Assembly (NCBI GenBank): GCA_964016885.1
Contig: OZ024743.1
Span: forward strand, 193,998,001-194,062,000
Direction of reading: 5' to 3'
Source: Eledone cirrhosa
Lineage: Eukaryota
DNA: 64,000 bases
Under the pieces are notes generated by a model, which worked only from the letters and a program-made list of their open reading frames with translations, made no database searches and was not told the origin of the DNA. The first letter of the stretch is position 1. Each line of letters opens with the position of its first letter. Position numbers and translations under genes: made by a program. This document shows, one piece after another, positions 1-19,089 of this stretch.

Positions 1-60
1 GAAAGCAACTGGTGCGTGTGTTTCTTATTGGCAACATGACCCTCCCAAAGCATAACAATA
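1..60 (+). mobile_element. 3' end of a PLE pseudo-LTR (same family as 59048-62090), running into (TA)n
   Basis: ggtgcgtgtgtttcttattggcaacatgaccctcccaaagcataacaa closely matches 62043-62090 and the reverse complement of about 59108-59157. Confidence 0.8.
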
Positions 61-70
61 TATATATATA

Positions 71-136
<66 letters not shown>

Positions 137-315
137 ATGTATATATATATAAATATATATATATAAAGATATATATATATAAGCATAGATATATTTAATT
201 TGCCGGGAATTCAACAAATTTATTTATTATAACAGATTCAAAGCACTGAACAGGTTTCCTGGAGTATAATATCAATAATATTAATAAATGGAAACTATAT
301 TTATAAAACAATATT

Positions 316-379
316 TATTTTATTATATATATTTCAAGGGTACCAAAAATATTTTGGTACGCTCTCATCAGATAAAATA
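316..379 (-). ncRNA. Type I hammerhead ribozyme
   Basis: Minus strand: tattttat-CTGATGA-gagcgtaccaaaa..tttggtacccTT-GAAA-tatat-ATA-ataaaata; helices I and II pair, helix III is minimal and palindromic. Confidence 0.8.
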
Positions 380-825
380 CAAAATGTGTTTTATAAATAG
401 TGACATACCCGATAAACCAGACCTTATACTATTTGGATAGTGAAAGAAAAAGAGAAAAATTTCAAATCTATAGGATGGATATGCAAATGAAGTAGGGTGC
501 AAGTAGATTAGGGTGCCACATTTTTGGATTAGTATTCTACCACTTCAACACATTTTTAATTTTTAAATCTACTTGCACCCTAATAATAATGTTAGCCTAT
601 TTTTCATTCTGCTTCTTCATCTTCTTCTTTTATAAAGTATTCTAATAATTATTTAAATTTACCTAGCGTCTACATATAACTATTTTTTCAGTCTACGCTT
701 CTACTTCATTTGCATATCCATCCTAAAGATTTAAATATTTCTCTTTTTCTTTCACTATCCAAATAGAACCTGAACCAATAAGGTATGGTTTATCGGGTGT
801 GTGACTATTTATAAAACACATTTTG

Positions 826-889
826 TATTTTATCTGATGAGTGCGTACCAAAGTTTTTTTGGTACCCTTGAAATATATATAATAAAATA
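826..889 (+). ncRNA. Type I hammerhead ribozyme
   Basis: tattttat CTGATGA gtgcgtaccaaag..tttggtaccctt GAAA tatat ATA ataaaata. Confidence 0.8.
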
Positions 890-962
890 AATATGGTTTT
901 ATAAATATAGTTTCCATTTATTAATATCATTGATAAAGATATATATGTATATATATATAAAG

Positions 963-7304
<6,342 letters not shown>

Positions 7305-7305
<1 letters not shown>

Positions 7306-7540
7306 TGAAAATTGCAAACTTGACTGTCACCACACATTATGAACCTGAAGATTGCGAAAGCAAGAAAGTACTTGTTCAATTAACACTTAACATTTAATAT
7401 TCTACCATACTATTCCATTCTAATAAATTTTAAAGGATTGTAAATAAAACTAGTAAATCAGACAAAGCTGGAATTCCTTTTATTAATATAATCTTCTATA
7501 CACAATCATACACATCCGTGTATATTTTTCTATCTCTCTC
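7305..7540 (+). mobile_element. Solo pLTR of the PLE at 7911-9655, with HHR at 7340-7378
   Basis: tgaac CTGAAGA ttgc gaaa gcaa GAAA g ta CTT gttca; similar to 9460-9655 and 34309-34540. Confidence 0.8.
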
Positions 7541-7553
7541 TCTATATATATAA

Positions 7554-7651
<98 letters not shown>

Positions 7652-7662
7652 ATATATATATT

Positions 7663-7795
7663 TATTCTTTGCCTAAACTTTAATCTGATATTTTAATAAA
7701 TAGTTGCTCTACGGTTCTTATATATCTGATATATATTTATCCTTATCGAGCCCTCTTTGGATTTTAGTCTTCAAATTTATTATTATTACTAAAGA
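7663..7795 (+). mobile_element. 3' fragment of a (TA)n-inserted short element (family also at 12528-12685, 35022-35242 and 53845-53923)
   Basis: Shared sequence cttaaactttaatctg...gctctacggttcttata...ggattttagtcttcaaatttattattattac. Confidence 0.65.
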
Positions 7796-7806
7796 TATAT
7801 ATATAT

Positions 7807-7859
<53 letters not shown>

Positions 7860-7884
7860 TATATAAATATATATATATATAAAG

Positions 7885-7915
<31 letters not shown>

Positions 7916-8029
7916 TAAGAGGAATTCCAACTTTGTCTGATTTACTCGTTTTATTTACAATCCTTTAATATATAAATAATGGTATTATAATGAAATAGTA
8001 AGATAGAATATTAAATTCTAAGTGTTAAT

Positions 8030-8068
8030 TGAACAAGTACTTTCATGCTTTCGCAATCTTCAGGTTCA
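8030..8068 (-). ncRNA. Minimal type I hammerhead in the PLE pLTR
   Basis: tgaac CTGAAGA ttgc gaaa gcat GAAA g ta CTT gttca. Confidence 0.8.
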
Positions 8069-8417
8069 TGATATGTGGTGACAGACGAGTTTGCAATTTT
8101 CAACTGTAATGAGATGGGTATACAGAGAAAAGTGGCTCCAGAATGCAAAGCTCTGTAAACTGTATTTCGACCAATCAGTGTGTAGTTTCACTGAATTACT
8201 ACAGCTGATTGGTTTAAGCGTCACGGCTGGTTGAGCATGCTAACGACCAATAGTCATACCCAACGTATCAATTGTTTTGCTTTTTGAAATGATGAAAATA
8301 GCATTTTCTATTAATCATCACCATCAACATCACTTTTATTATTATTATTATTGTTTTTGTTGTTGTTGTTAGTGGTCGTGGTCATAGTGGTAGTAGAAGT
8401 AATACCCCTAGGCGTTA

Positions 8418-9452
8418 TTATTGTTCATTTAGCTTGGGTTTGAACTTATCAATAAAATTCTTTTCTTTGATTTTTCTCTTGATTTCACTTGGGCTGTGTA
8501 ATTTGTAGAATGGGAATATTATAAATATTCCCTGACCACATGTTGCCAGGTGGCCGCTTAGGGGTATCTGACGGACATTTGGGTCTCTGATTTGTTGACG
8601 GTGTACCCGTGCACATTCCGATAGTGCATTTCCAGTTTGGCCGACATATAGTTCTTCACAATTCGGGCATTTAATGCAGTAAATTAGATTTCTGCTTTTG
8701 CAGTTCATATTTGCATTTGGGAATATTTTTCCAGTTTTTGTTTTCATATATTGACCGGCGTGTATGGATTGACATGTGCCGCATCGATTATCATTGCATT
8801 TAGATACAGTGAATGATTGGTCCTTGTTGTTAAGGTCAAACTTTGCTTTTGTTAGCAATTGCTTCAAATTTTTTGGCTGTCTTTTACTAAGAGTCAAAGA
8901 TCGATCTGTGATTAAGCCTTTTAATTCATTACTTTGAGCAATGATCGGTAGGTTTGCTTTGGCAGTGTTGAATATATTCTGGTGACATGGTTTGTGTGTC
9001 ATTATAAATGGTATGACCAGTTCTTGGTTTCTTCTTCCTTGGGTTGTTCTAAGTTGTTGTATAGGTATTTTTATAGCCCGCTGTATGCCATTTTCTATAA
9101 GTAGAGATGGGTATTTTTGTTTGAGCAAAAATTCTCTTAGTTCTGTTAGGCGTTTGTACCTGGTATTCGTATCTTCTACAATGGTACAAATTCTTCTGGC
9201 TAGGCAGTATGGGATGTTGCGTTTTGTATGAGGTGGATGGCACGACTTAAAATTCAGATATTGATGGGTGTCTGTGTGTTTATAATATATATCCGTGGTA
9301 ATGGTGGTGTCGTTTTTGATTATCATTATATCTAGGAATGGTAATTTGGTCCTACTCATCTCTTTTGTGAATTGGAGAGATGGGTGTAGGTTATTCAGGA
9401 GGATATTGAACTCATCCAGAGTATCTAGAGATTCTGTCCAGATGATGAAACA
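8418..9452 (-). pseudogene. PLE polyprotein, C-terminal part: RT motif 5-7 remnant, thumb, Cys linker, GIY-YIG endonuclease
   Basis: CFIIW (just after the missing YxDD), LPFLDIMI, TDIYYKHTDTHQYL, KCNDNRCGTC, NLIYCIKC..LYVGQTG..R..H, final PKLN. Confidence 0.9.
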
Positions 9453-9666
9453 GAAGATGAAGATTGCGAAAGCATGAAAGTACTTGTTCAATTAACACTT
9501 AGAATTTAATATTCTATCATACTATTTCATTATAATACCATTATATATATTTTAAAGGATTGTAAATAAAACGAGTAAATCAGACAAAGTTGGAATTCCT
9601 CTTATTAATATAATCTTCTATACACAATCATACACACCCGTGTATATTTACCTATCTATATCTATA

Positions 9667-9727
<61 letters not shown>

Positions 9728-9845
9728 ATATATATATATATAACGATATATATAAAGATATATATATATATATATAAAGATATATATATATATAAAGATA
9801 TAAATATAAAGATATATATATATAGAAAGATATATATATATATAT

Positions 9846-9879
<34 letters not shown>

Positions 9880-10204
9880 TTATATATATATATATATATA
9901 TCTTTATATATATATATTTATATGTGTGTGTGTATATATATATGAAGATATACTTATATATAAATATATGTAAGAATATTTTCGAAACAGCGAGTGGGTT
10001 TGAAATTATTTGAAATGTAATCTATCGCCGTATTTTGACTAAAGAAATTAAAGAAATTATTTAGCCTGATAGTCGGGTTAAGAACCCTCGGAGAAATGGA
10101 AAAAGATGAGTATTGACGTATATAAAGATATATAAAGAAAAAAAGATGAAATCGAAAATGCAACTGGAGTCTTATTTTTTAAAAAATATATATATTTATT
10201 TGGT

Positions 10205-10245
10205 TCCTCTACCGGTTTCGCAGTTTTTCTGCTTTTCAAAAGTAG
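10205..10245 (-). ncRNA. Hammerhead with variant UUGAAAA core
   Basis: ctt TTGAAAA gcag aaaaa ctgc GAAA c cg GTA gag. Confidence 0.6.
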
Positions 10246-10641
10246 AGTTGAGATGGAGGGTCTGTGGTTTTTCTCAAATCTGGTTGGTCTTTGAATGTTA
10301 CTTGTTTTATATGGAAAAAAGTGGCTCGAAACGCCAGCTTTTTAGAGAAGTAATTTGATTGGTTGGTCAATAAGTATAATAAATCTCGCGCCAGTTCGCG
10401 TTACAAAGTTCTTCAAACAGGGGGGGGGGGGGCTCAGTTTGCTTTTTCATATATGAGTGTTTGAATTTCTTTTTACTTAAAAAAAGGGGCTCACGAAGGC
10501 TTTTGTTTTAAATAAATGTAATTTGATTGGTTATAAATGAAATTATCGCTGTCACGTGAACAAGTTCATTAAATTTCACGCCCGTATTTGGGAATTTATT
10601 TTGTAGCCTTTTAGAGAATTTTATGACAAACAAAAGATAAT

Positions 10642-10826
10642 TTTTCTACTTTAGGCACAAGGCCAGCAATTACCCAGCTCATTACTGGTACTTTATTTTA
10701 TCGACCCCGTAAGGATGAAAGGCAAAGTTAACCTCGGCGGGATTTGAACTCAGAGTGTAAAGGGACGTAACTATGCTAGAAAGCATGGCGTCCAACCCTC
10801 TACCGATACTGCCAATTCACCGCCCT
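10642..10826 (-). mobile_element. tRNA-derived SINE with 18-bp target-site duplication
   Basis: A box TGGCAGTATCGG and B box GAGTTCAAATCC on the minus strand; TSD tgacaaacaaaagataat at 10624-10641 and 10827-10844. Confidence 0.85.
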
Positions 10827-11928
10827 TGACAAACAAAAGATAATGGTCAAAAGAAATGGGATGGTAGAATTGAACTGGTTCAGTGAATATAGCAGGTTGT
10901 TTTTTCATATATGAGTGAAGTTTGGTTGGTTGATGTAGTCACGTGAATAAGTATATCAGCTTTCGCGTAAGTTTGTTTGAATTTCTTTTTACTTTAAAAA
11001 AAGTGGCTCACGAAGGCGTTTTTTTTAATAAATATAATTTGATCGGTTATAAATGAATTTATGGCTGTCACGTAAACAAGTTCATTAAATTTCGCGCCCG
11101 TATTTGGGAATTTATTTTGTAGCCTTTTAGAGAATTTTATGACAAGCAAAAGATAATGGTCAAAAGAAATGGGATGGGAGAATTGTTCTGGTTCAGTGAA
11201 TATGGTTGGTTCGCTGGGGTGTCAGAATTCAGATTTTCTATTGAAATAAATAAAGTAAAGATATGTATGTTTATTTGTGTGCTTGTGTGTGTGTGTGTGT
11301 ATATAGGAATATGATTCTATTAGTAGAAATGGGGGAGGGAGTTGTGTGTGTGTGTGTGTATATATGGGTGTTATGTGTGTGTGTTTGTGTGGGAGTAAGT
11401 TAAAATGGAGAGAATCTATATATTTTGTGTGTGTGTATATGTGTGTAGGAAAGTGATTCTATTAGTAGAAATGGGGAGGGCGTTGTGTGTGTGGGGGGTG
11501 GGGGGGGGGGGGTGTTATGTGTGTGTATGGGTGTTATGTGTGTGTGGGAGTATGGTTAGCATGTTAAGATGAAAAGAATATATATATTGTGTGTGTGTGT
11601 AGGTGTGTGCGTGTGTAGGAAAATGATTCCGTCAGTAGGAATATTTTTGAATGAACATATTTTCCTTACTTATTCGTATTTGTTCTGTTGTATTGTCAGC
11701 GCAAATGTATGTTAAGGTTTATTTAGTTCGGGTTTTTATTTTCTAAAGTAGGTGTTATGTGTGTGTGTATGTGTCTGTTTGGATGGTTAGCATATTATGG
11801 TGTTGACATAATGTATATTAAACCATATTTAATGCTGGTCTATATTTTTGAATAAACATATTTTCCGTATTTATTCGTATTTGTTCTGTTGTATTGTCAG
11901 CGCAAAGGTAAAATGGGAAGACTTGGAA

Positions 11929-11984
<56 letters not shown>

Positions 11985-11985
11985 A

Positions 11986-12035
<50 letters not shown>

Positions 12036-12040
<5 letters not shown>

Positions 12041-12510
12041 GAATTGGTGCTCTGAAATAGCGATATATACATGAATATATATATAGTATATTTGGCAATA
12101 TACTGTATGCTTAATTAAAAACATTTTGAAGACCTTGCGCTATTATTTTAAAGTAGTGACTATGTCACTTACTTCTTTTTTCAACAAACAAATGGAGATA
12201 AGCTGACAGATCAGTTTCACACTGTTGGTGATCATCAGAGCTTAGCACTCGCCGATGCCTGTTGAAAATTATAGATGCTGGATTCTTATAGAATTCCAGT
12301 AATAATCAGGAACTGATTATACAGAGCGATTGCCGGTCCCCCAAAAAATAAAATTAGAATTGGTGCTCTGAAATAGCGATGTATACATGAATATATATAT
12401 AGTATATTTGGCAATATACTGTATGCTTAATTAAAAACATTTTGAACACCTTGCACTATTATTTTAAAGTAGTGACTATGTCACTTACTTCTGTTTTCAA
12501 CAAAAGAAGT
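12036..12510 (-). mobile_element. Retrozyme-like element, 316-bp unit, about 1.5 copies; relative of the 310-bp family
   Basis: Direct repeat with period 316; shares gctctgaaatagcgatatata, aacattttgaagacct and gagcg.ttgccggtcc with the 310-bp unit. Confidence 0.8.
12198..12244 (-). ncRNA. Type I hammerhead ribozyme
   Basis: taagct CTGATGA tcac caaca gtgt GAAA c tgatct GTC agctta. Confidence 0.8.
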
Positions 12511-12968
12511 GACATATATATGAGTTTCAGAAGATCCCGTTAAGGGTGAAAGCAGCGATTCTTTGCTTAAACTTTAATCTGTTATTTTAATGAATATTTG
12601 CTCTACGGTTCTTATATATTTGATATATATCTATCCTTATCGAGCCTTCTTTGGATTTTAGTCTTCAAATTTATTATTATTACTATATATATATATATAT
12701 ATAAGCAGAAGGGATATTCAATTTGTTGGTAATTCAACAAATATAAATGTTTATAACTGATTCAGTGCACTCGACAAGTTTTCTGGATATTTTCAATGAT
12801 ATTAAATAAATGGAAACTATATTTATAAAATCATATTTATTCTATTATATGTATTTCAAGGGTACCACTATCCAAGGAAAACATGAACCGTTAACGTATT
12901 TACCTTTTATTTTAAATTTTAATGACAGAATCATGCACCACTCAACGAGATGATTTGCATCTACCTCT

Positions 12969-13004
<36 letters not shown>

Positions 13005-13096
13005 AGAGAGAGAGGGAGAGGTAGATGCAAATCATCTCGTTGAGTGGTGCATGATTCTGTCATGCGTATATGCTTGTGTGATGGATGTGCATGTGT

Positions 13097-13159
<63 letters not shown>

Positions 13160-13210
13160 TATGTAAAGTATCGTCTTCCTGTCTTCCTTCGGGTTCCTAT
13201 ACCTGTATAC

Positions 13211-13252
<42 letters not shown>

Positions 13253-14009
13253 GTATAGGTTATGTGTCCACGTATGTTTCTGTTTGCACAGATCTAAAAG
13301 CTGTCCTTCATTATGTTATATCTCTTTATATTCAATGACTTAGGCGTTCGACAAATAGAACTCGATAAAATAAGTAGGAAATAAATAGTTTGGTTGATAT
13401 GATAGATTGAGCTATTGAATCCATACCCTATCATGGCTACAGTACAATAACTAAAACTAGTAAAAGAAGAGTTAAATTCTAAAAGAATACAAACATATGC
13501 ATATTCATATACATAGAGAATAGCATATTGCCACGAAATAAAACAACATCCTTTATGAAAATTTACTGAAATGAGTTGATAACGTATAAAATTTATTTGA
13601 AAATCATTGCAGAAAATTTATAGCAATCAAGAACATTGACGAGATAGTGTGCAATATTTAATGAATATAAAGAACCAAAACAATATTGTTTCGTATAAAA
13701 CACGTGATGTTTAACAAATGTCTATAGAAATGTTGGATTGTAAGAAGCTTTACGAAGAGTAGTGATTTAACATTCTGCAATTGTATTGAGCGCTGTAAAA
13801 TAATTGATGGCCGATGTGTGTAAAGGTTAATTAAAGAGAATACTGCTGAGAAGGACAATGACAGAACTAAGTCAAATACATACAAATAACAGCATGGAAC
13901 CTAATTTAGTCTTTTGTATACATTGTAGAATCGAAAGAAATATTTTAATTGTCAAGATGGTTTTCATTCCTTTTATAATGGCGTTAGAAATATGGCAAAA
14001 CTCTGCTGA

Positions 14010-14330
14010 TTTGGTAAGCTGGTGGTAGTATGTAGTCCCAATGTAGTGTCTCTATGGTTGTATTACAGATGGAAGTCTTCTGTTAGGATAGTAGAACAAA
14101 GTAGAATAGTGGCTTGTGCTGGTAGTAGTATGTAGTCCCAAAGTAGTGTCTGTATGGCTGTATTACAAATGGAAGTTTTCTGTTAGAATAGTAGAACAAA
14201 ATAGTACAGTGGCAATGTAATAGTATTAGTATACAGTCCCAATGTAGTATATGTATGGTTGTATTACAGATGGAAGTATTCTGTTAGGTAGTAGATCAAA
14301 ATAGTATAGTGGCAGTGTACTATAATATTC
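14010..14330. repeat. Degenerate minisatellite, about 100-bp unit, about 3 copies
   Basis: gtagtcccaatgtagtgtc..gtattacagatggaagt..ctgttag..gtagaacaaa repeated. Confidence 0.7.
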
Positions 14331-14534
14331 CATAGTGAAGAATTCTTATTAGTTATTTCAGACATTTGATACATATTATTTGCTATGTCTTCATCATATT
14401 CATTTGTAAAAGTTTTAAAAAATCATATAACTACATGATCAGTTAAATGTAAACTTTCCATAAACAAACGAAAACATTATGACGATATATCTCTGTTGTT
14501 GCTGTTGTTGCTACTTCTGTTGATAATAATAATG

Positions 14535-14990
14535 ATTTCTAGTATAGGCACAACGCAAGTAATTTTGGGGGAGGGGAAAGTCAATTAAATCGACCCCAGT
14601 GCGTGACTGGTGCTTTATTTTATCGACCCCGTAAGGAGGAAAGGCAAAGCTAACTTCGGCAGTAATTGAACTCAGAACGCAAAGAACCGTAACTCGATGC
14701 CATAAAGCATATTGTCCGACGCTCTACCGATACTGCCAATCCACCACCCTTATAGTAGTAGTAATCGTAATAATGATTTCAACTATAGGTACAAGGCCAG
14801 CAATTTAGGGGAGGGGGAAAATCGATTATATCGTCCCAGTGTATTACTGGTGCTTTATTTTATCGACCCCGTAAGGATGAAAGGCAAAGCTAACCCTCGG
14901 CAGGATTCAAACTCAGAATGTAAAGGGCCGTAACTCTATGTCGCGAAGCAGGGTATCTGACGCTCAACCGATTCTGCCAATCCACCACCC
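14535..14990 (-). mobile_element. Two adjacent tRNA-derived SINEs
   Basis: Each has tttattttatcgaccccgtaaggatgaaaggcaaag and a tRNA-like head with A/B boxes on the minus strand. Confidence 0.85.
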
Positions 14991-17429
14991 TCGTAATAAT
15001 AATAACAACAAAATTCATAATATTAATAGGAATAATTATAATGTAGATATACTGTAGTAGAGTAGTATGAACACTGTCAGGTAATTCTAAAAGGTTGATA
15101 TGAAAATATTGCGTTTAAGATTTATAGGAATGGAAAGGAAAGATGGCAGAATCTCGGCGTATGGATGTGATCCATTAATGTATTGAAGATTACATAAAGT
15201 GTTTGATTCAATGTTGTGAGGATAGAAGATAATATAATGAAAGGAAGACCAACTATATCTCTCTTTCTATACATATACTGTATATCTATAGATATTGTAT
15301 AAGAAAACATGTTTAGACTTGCTGTTAAGATTGTTCTGACGGTTAAAACCCACGTTAATGGAACTACGTGATCAGCAACTGGAATGTCACAACAATTTAG
15401 TTCTCCCTAAGAATTTCCCCAGGCACAGTGTACTTGTAGTCCCACATTAACTTTTCTCAGTCATATGCAGATATCCTCGAGACTAGTATAGCTGAATTCA
15501 ATGTACAGTTTATATATATAGTCGGCTATGTTCAGAATGTGCTGATGTATTGACGAATAAAAAGAAATATAGAAAACAAGAGAAAAGCAACTGTTGTTAG
15601 TTATAGATTACACTACACAGCATATGACATAATACATTTAATGCTTATATATATTATACATAAGTGTTTATATATATATAGTATATATATATATTATATG
15701 TATATTATATTTATATTATATATATAGTGAAACATGCACTCTCACACACACACACACTCACACACTCTCACACACACACACACACATATATATGTAGAAA
15801 CATATATATGACGCATACCTCCCACTATATTGATACCAATAGACATGAATGTTTCCACACAACTTCCTTCTCTGAAGAAGTAAAAGAATAAAACACAATT
15901 GTATTTGAAGTAAACTGTAAATAATTTTTTTCCTCAATTTACAAAGGATATTTTCAACAATAAGAATATAGAAAACTAGAAGTAAGAAAACTCTTTATAG
16001 CTAGAAATAAGCACATAAACATTTTATATTGTTCGTTTATACTTTATGTGGTTTACTTAAGTTTATTTACATTTTATCGTCTTCATATTTCTATGCCGTT
16101 AGTGCAAAAACCAAAAAAGAAAACCCCCAAAACAACAAAAAGAAAAAAACAACAACAAAAAATGCCTTCTAAATTGAGAATTTTGGAATTTTGGAATTAT
16201 CTCCACTTTATTTCTAACTCTTTTCTATTCCATCCATCTCCTACTGACGAAAGGATGTTACCAGGATACATCAATGTTTAGGTATACAATAATGTATTCT
16301 ATTGTTCCATATTCTATACAGAGCTTCTACTTTACACAAATATGACAGTTAAAGAAAATCCATTTTGGACTTTTTTAATCTGATAAAATTGTACATATAC
16401 CAGAACACTAAGTGAAGCTCAAAAAGTAAAATTTGAGAATTAAAGATAACATAATATTCCTTAAAATTTACAACTTTAAAACTAAAATTTCGCATTTGAA
16501 TTGATATTATATCACAGTAAAGTGACAAACGATATCAAACAAACAGAAAAGTGAGAACCGAAAACAACATGCAAATACACAACTTTATTCACTTATGCAA
16601 TCATAGTTTCATTAGCAATATTAAATATAAAGTGTAAAATAAGCAAAGTTCATTTGAACAATATACACTGTGATGTTTACAAATTTCTCAATTATTTCTT
16701 ATGAAAAAAATAATTAAAAAATATTTGTTTAGGAGAAGTCTACACGAACCAACAACGAGTTACTGATAGTTATTTTATCAACTCCTTAAGTAAGGAAGGC
16801 AAACCCCCATCTTGATGGGATTTCGTTTGAGGAGCATAAAGTATTACATTAAAATAAAGCATCTACTATTCTTGAGTTTCCTGTATTATATTCATTAAGT
16901 TGTAATAAACTGTTATCTCTCCTTACTATCGAGATGTGAGTGTAATTTGCAGAGGTGTGAAACTATTAGGAAGATTTAGCATTAAGTTCTGCCAATTTAT
17001 TCGACAAATAGTGGATGTAAAACGTTTATAGCTATCATTAAAGCTGTTAGCTACTTAGGAGATACTGTCAAAGTTGGAAACAATTTCTGAAAGTGAGGAT
17101 CTACAGAGAATCGTTGATACCAAATACTATAGTCAATCAACGATAATAAGTTTCCCTTTATGTGTTACAACATTACATACTGTTTCTAAGAGATTATTAC
17201 AACAATTAAATTTATCGTTTTCTTGTTTTTATTTAATGAGTGGTGTCATTTCCTATTTATGTCTGCATATATTGGGACAAGAAATAAAATATCGAATACT
17301 TATCTACTTACAAATATAAAGCCTCGGAAGATAGGTTCCTAGTTTAGAATGTCAGAGATCTTAAGAAATACTAGCATAATGTTACCATAACAAAAATTGT
17401 ACAAATTACATAACATAATACTTATAATG

Positions 17430-17620
17430 GTTTCTCCGTTGTGAAGAAGTGGGAAGTCGCTTACATCGAAGCCAGTATGTTACTGGAACTTGATTTTATC
17501 AACCCCGGAAGGGTAAAAGGAAAAGTTGACCATGACGGATTTGAACTCAGAATGTTAAGAGTTGGAGTAAATATCGTATAACGTTTTATCCAATACTCTA
17601 CCAATTCTGCCAAACCTCCA
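17430..17620 (-). mobile_element. tRNA-derived SINE, diverged
   Basis: ttttatcaaccccggaagggtaaaagg..ggatttgaactcagaat. Confidence 0.7.
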
Positions 17621-17739
17621 GTGTCGACCTTATCCATACAATGGTAAATACATTAGATTGGGAAGGTCGATGACCTGTAGTTTAAAAGACCAATATACGA
17701 CAGCCGTCTAGGGAATGGAATATATTAAAATATTGCTCT

Positions 17740-18111
17740 TCATTTGGTCATTCTCTCCCCTCTCTTCCCTCTCTCTTTTCCCCCTCTCTCCCCATCCCCC
17801 TCCCTCTCTACCTACCTATCAATCAATCTATCTATTAGTTTATCAGTCTGTCTGTCTTTCTGCCTATATTTTCGTCCGTCTGTCTGTCCATCTGACTGTC
17901 TGTCTGTCTATCTATCTACCTATCTATCTATATCTCTACCTACCAACCAACCTACCCACCTACTTACCTACCTACTTAACTACCTATCTACCTACCCACC
18001 TTCCTATCAATTGTCTGTTTCTCTCTCTCTCTATCTATCTATCTATCTCTCTACCTACCTACCTGTCGGTCTGTTTGTAGGTCTCTCTGTCTGTCTGTTT
18101 CTCTGACTCCT

Positions 18112-18190
<79 letters not shown>

Positions 18191-18232
18191 GTCTCTCTCT
18201 CTCTATCTATCCATTTATCTATCTATCTATCT
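17740..18232. repeat. Compound (CT)n/(CTAT)n/(CCTA)n microsatellite
   Basis: Visible simple repeats. Confidence 0.9.
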
Positions 18233-18504
18233 AGTACTGATTCGCTGCCTACCACACGGTTTTAAGACTGTAGCTAGAAATGTAAACATCCGGCTGACTT
18301 TGTGACATTGTGAAAAGAAGATAAATTATTGATCAAGGAATCCTTAGGGAGATCGTTCAGCTCTCGCTGGCATCTGAGAGTTCCATGGTTTGATTCCTCG
18401 CGGGGGGCGTATGTGAACATTTTCCCGTCTCCAGATGTATTTTACCCAATTAAAAAACAAAAACAAGCTATTATTTATAGTGATTATCTATTATTATAAC
18501 AACT

Positions 18505-18725
18505 AGGGTGGTGGAATTAGCAAAATCGGTAGAGCATCGGACCACATGCTTAGCAGCATAGAGCTACGGCCCTATATGTTCTGAGTTCAAATCCCACCGA
18601 GGTTAGCTTTGCCTTTCATCCTTTTGGGGTCGATAAAATAAAACACCAATAATGCACTGGAGTCGATTTAATTGACTTTCCCTCTCACCAAATTGCTGGC
18701 CTTGTGTCTATAGTAGAAATCATTA
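18505..18725 (+). mobile_element. tRNA-derived SINE
   Basis: tagcaaaatcgg A box, gagttcaaatccc B box, gcctttcatccttttggggtcgataaaata. Confidence 0.85.
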
Positions 18726-18739
18726 TATCAACCACGATA

Positions 18740-18960
18740 TTCCATCAGAAGACGGAAGGTAAATATGACAGACAATCTCGCTATCTTCGTTTGGCTGTTT
18801 GTGCCTACTCTTAACTATGGCCATGGATTTTAGTTGGTCGTGTTTTGGGGATCTAGCTGGATCGTCAATGGGGTGTGTCTGTAGGACTACTTGGAAGGCG
18901 CGTCTGAAGATACTGACCCCCAAGGCCCTCCCAGAATATGTGGCTAAGAAGAAGAAGAAC
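18740..18960 (+). mobile_element. 3' end fragment of an RTE-type LINE with (AAG)n tail
   Basis: Similar to 46920-47230; ends in aagaagaagaag. Confidence 0.5.
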
Positions 18961-19089
18961 GAAAAAAACAATACAGGGGAAAATGGAAAAAAAATACATG
19001 TGAGTATTCAGTCAGCCATTTTGGAGATTTGCTGGTCAATGGGTATTTTAAGCGTTAGAGAAGTTTAAGAAGGGAGGTAATATATATAT

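Larger units (their letters stand above)
190..935. mobile_element. Inverted pair of HHR-bearing pLTR-like modules (family A) between (TA)n tracts
   Basis: About 270-495 is the reverse complement of about 700-930; related copies at 12700-12870, 19090-19380 and 31898-33245. Confidence 0.8.
7911..9655 (-). mobile_element. 5'-truncated Penelope-like element (Neptune-like, Cys-rich linker) with an inverted pLTR at the truncation
   Basis: RT-thumb/GIY-YIG ORF, 3' pLTR at 7911-8103 with HHR, inverted pLTR copy at 9460-9655, (TA)n on both sides. Confidence 0.9.
9954..11935 (-). mobile_element. 3' end of another Neptune-like PLE (last GIY-YIG codons, long 3'UTR, pLTR with HHR)
   Basis: FQVFPFYL...ENMFIQKYRPALN at 11818-11930 parallels FIIFPFYKL...FIDKFKPKLN of the 8418 ORF; internal duplications; HHR at 10205-10245. 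Confidence 0.65.

Noticed and set aside
9453-9491. Signal-peptide-like N-terminus (MNKYFHAFAIFIF) of the 357-aa ORF
   Set aside because: It comes from the antisense strand of the inverted pLTR fused at the truncation junction
18505-18610. tRNA gene
   Set aside because: The A/B boxes belong to a SINE head; no cloverleaf, and SINE body sequence follows
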